This document shows, one piece after another, positions 16,014-17,380 of a stretch of 17,380 bases of DNA. The stretch spans positions 1 to 17,380 of the forward strand of contig JARRQT010000141.1 in NCBI GenBank assembly GCA_037381445.1, in the 5' to 3' direction. This stretch comes from Calditrichia bacterium. Its GTDB lineage: Bacteria; Calditrichota; Calditrichia; RBG-13-44-9. The translations under genes were made by a program, and so were the position numbers. The notes under the pieces are model-generated. The model had not been told where the DNA came from and searched no databases. It saw only the letters and a list, made by a program, of their open reading frames with translations. Every line of letters starts with the position of its first letter. Within the stretch, counting starts at the first letter, position 1.

Positions 16014-17380
16014 GCCGCAAATCTAATAAGCTCTTCCGCGGACAGGCAATTCAGCACATCCGGTTTGGTCAGCCATCCCTTGCGGGCGACACCCACTCCG
16101 TATTTGACATCCTGTATTCCCTCTGTGCGGTGCGCATCGGGATTGATGCTGATTTTTACGCCCAGGTCCTTGGAGCCCTTTATCAGGCGCCAGTCGATAT
16201 CCAGTCGGTGGGGATTGGCATTCAGTTCGATGGAAACCTGCAGGTCTGCCGCCGTGCGGATTATTTGTTCCATATCGATGGGATAACCTTCGCGGGCCAG
16301 CAGCAGCCGTCCCGTGGGGTGCCCCACAATGGTGACGAATGGATTCTCCATGGCCCGGATTACACTCCGGGTGCCTTCCTCCTCGGTCATTTTAAATTTG
16401 GAGTGAATACTGGCAATGACCAGGTCGAAGCCGGCCAGAACCTCGTCGCTGTAGTCCAGCCGGCCGTCCGGGAGAATGTCGCATTCAATGCTTTTCAGGA
16501 TGCGAAAATCTTTCAGCCTGCCGTTCAATTCATCAATTTCGCGGTGCTGGGCGCGGATGCGTTCTTCACTGAGACCGTTGGCGTAGGCCGCGGATTTGGA
16601 ATGATCGCTGATGACCAGGTATTCGTATCCGGCTTCCCGGCAGGCGCGGGCCATTTCTTCAACGGTATTGGCGCCGTCGCTGTAGTGGGAATGACAGTGG
16701 ATCATCCCCCGCAGGTCTTTTTGCTCCACCAGTTCCGGAATTTCATTGCCCAGCGCCGCCTCGATCTCCCCGTAATTTTCCCGCAGCTCCGGTGGAATAT
16801 ACTGCATTTTCAATTTCCCGAAAATCTCCGCTTCTGTCCGGCAGGGGATGTTCTCTGTTTCGTTGCGGAAAAGGCCGTACTCATTCATTTTCATATTCAA
16901 CTTCTGGGCATAGCCGCGCATGGCGACATTGTGCTCCTTGGAACCGGTAAAATGGTGCAGGGCATAGGGATACTGCTCGTCACTCACAATCCGCAGATCG
17001 GCATTCATGCCGCTTTGCAGCACCACGCTGGTCTTGGTTTTTCCCTTGCCCGAGACAACTTCCACCTCTGGCAGCGTTGAAAAACGGTCCATGATTTTTT
17101 CGCGGTTTTCATCCGCTGCGCTGACCAGAATATCAATATCTTTGATGGTTTCCCTGCGGCGGCGCAGACTGCCGGCGATTTCGCAGCGGACAACGCCGGG
17201 AAAATTTTTCACCTGTTCAAAAAGCGTCTGCCCGCTCTCGCTGGCGGTGGAAATGAGATGCCGTTCGGAATATTTTTTCAGCATCCCGATGCCCAGCAGT
17301 ATTTTTTCCTGCGTTTTTTCTCCAAACCCTTCCAGATCGGACAGCCGGTTTTCCTTGCAGGCATATTCCAGTTCGCCCAC
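15995..17380 (-). CDS. polX: DNA polymerase/3'-5' exonuclease PolX with PHP domain (5'-truncated by the window)
   Basis: HhH motif LEGFGEKT, palm motifs AGSLRRRRETIKDIDIL and ADLRIV, HFTGSKEHN, and PHP motifs HCHSHYSDG, ISDHS, IECDI, ASIHS, GHPTGR and NPDAH. Confidence 0.95.
   Translation of the reverse strand: MGELEYACKENRLSDLEGFGEKTQEKILLGIGMLKKYSERHLISTASESGQTLFEQVKNFPGVVRCEIAGSLRRRRETIKDIDILVSAADENREKIMDRFSTLPEVEVVSGKGKTKTSVVLQSGMNADLRIVSDEQYPYALHHFTGSKEHNVAMRGYAQKLNMKMNEYGLFRNETENIPCRTEAEIFGKLKMQYIPPELRENYGEIEAALGNEIPELVEQKDLRGMIHCHSHYSDGANTVEEMARACREAGYEYLVISDHSKSAAYANGLSEERIRAQHREIDELNGRLKDFRILKSIECDILPDGRLDYSDEVLAGFDLVIASIHSKFKMTEEEGTRSVIRAMENPFVTIVGHPTGRLLLAREGYPIDMEQIIRTAADLQVSIELNANPHRLDIDWRLIKGSKDLGVKISINPDAHRTEGIQDVKYGVGVARKGWLTKPDVLNCLSAEELIRFAAKRRAG

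Noticed and set aside
16130..17080. 316-aa plus-strand ORF, and similar long antisense ORFs at 14890-15822, 6916-7692, 3543-4364 and 8389-8970
   Set aside because: They lie antisense to better-supported genes and have no recognisable motifs. They are typical shadow ORFs produced by codon bias.
1..17380. CRISPR array, tRNA/rRNA, integrase, transposase, prophage or defence-system genes
   Set aside because: No regularly spaced repeats, cloverleaf motifs or relevant protein motifs were recognised by eye.

Overview
Bacterial chromosomal segment of mostly unrelated single-gene units. The Ig-like C-terminal sorting domain and the divergent RqcH type suggest an FCB-group or Calditrichota-like organism (inference). 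In order: 3' end of a secreted protein with a T9SS type A/FlgD-like C-terminal domain; an unannotated orphan 3' fragment of an Omp85 (BamA/TamA-like) gene; ICMT/Ste14-family methyltransferase; exported TPR protein; beta-repeat (DUF4097-like) lipoprotein; M20 amidohydrolase; full-length glycogen-debranching-enzyme homologue with eroded catalytic motifs; stand-alone MoxR AAA+ ATPase; membrane-anchored hypothetical protein; EamA transporter; cytochrome P460-family lipoprotein; RqcH/NFACT; class I O-methyltransferase; lhgO; and polX cut by the window edge. No tRNA, rRNA, CRISPR array, integrase or transposase was recognised. I see no clear multi-gene novel system. The best leads are the probable GDE pseudoenzyme, the Omp85 relic in frame behind a TAG, the P460 variant with an unusual distal pocket, the altered RqcH tRNA-binding motifs next to a TrmR-family-like methyltransferase, and several structured or repetitive intergenic regions. 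All family calls come from motif recognition by eye, not from database searches.
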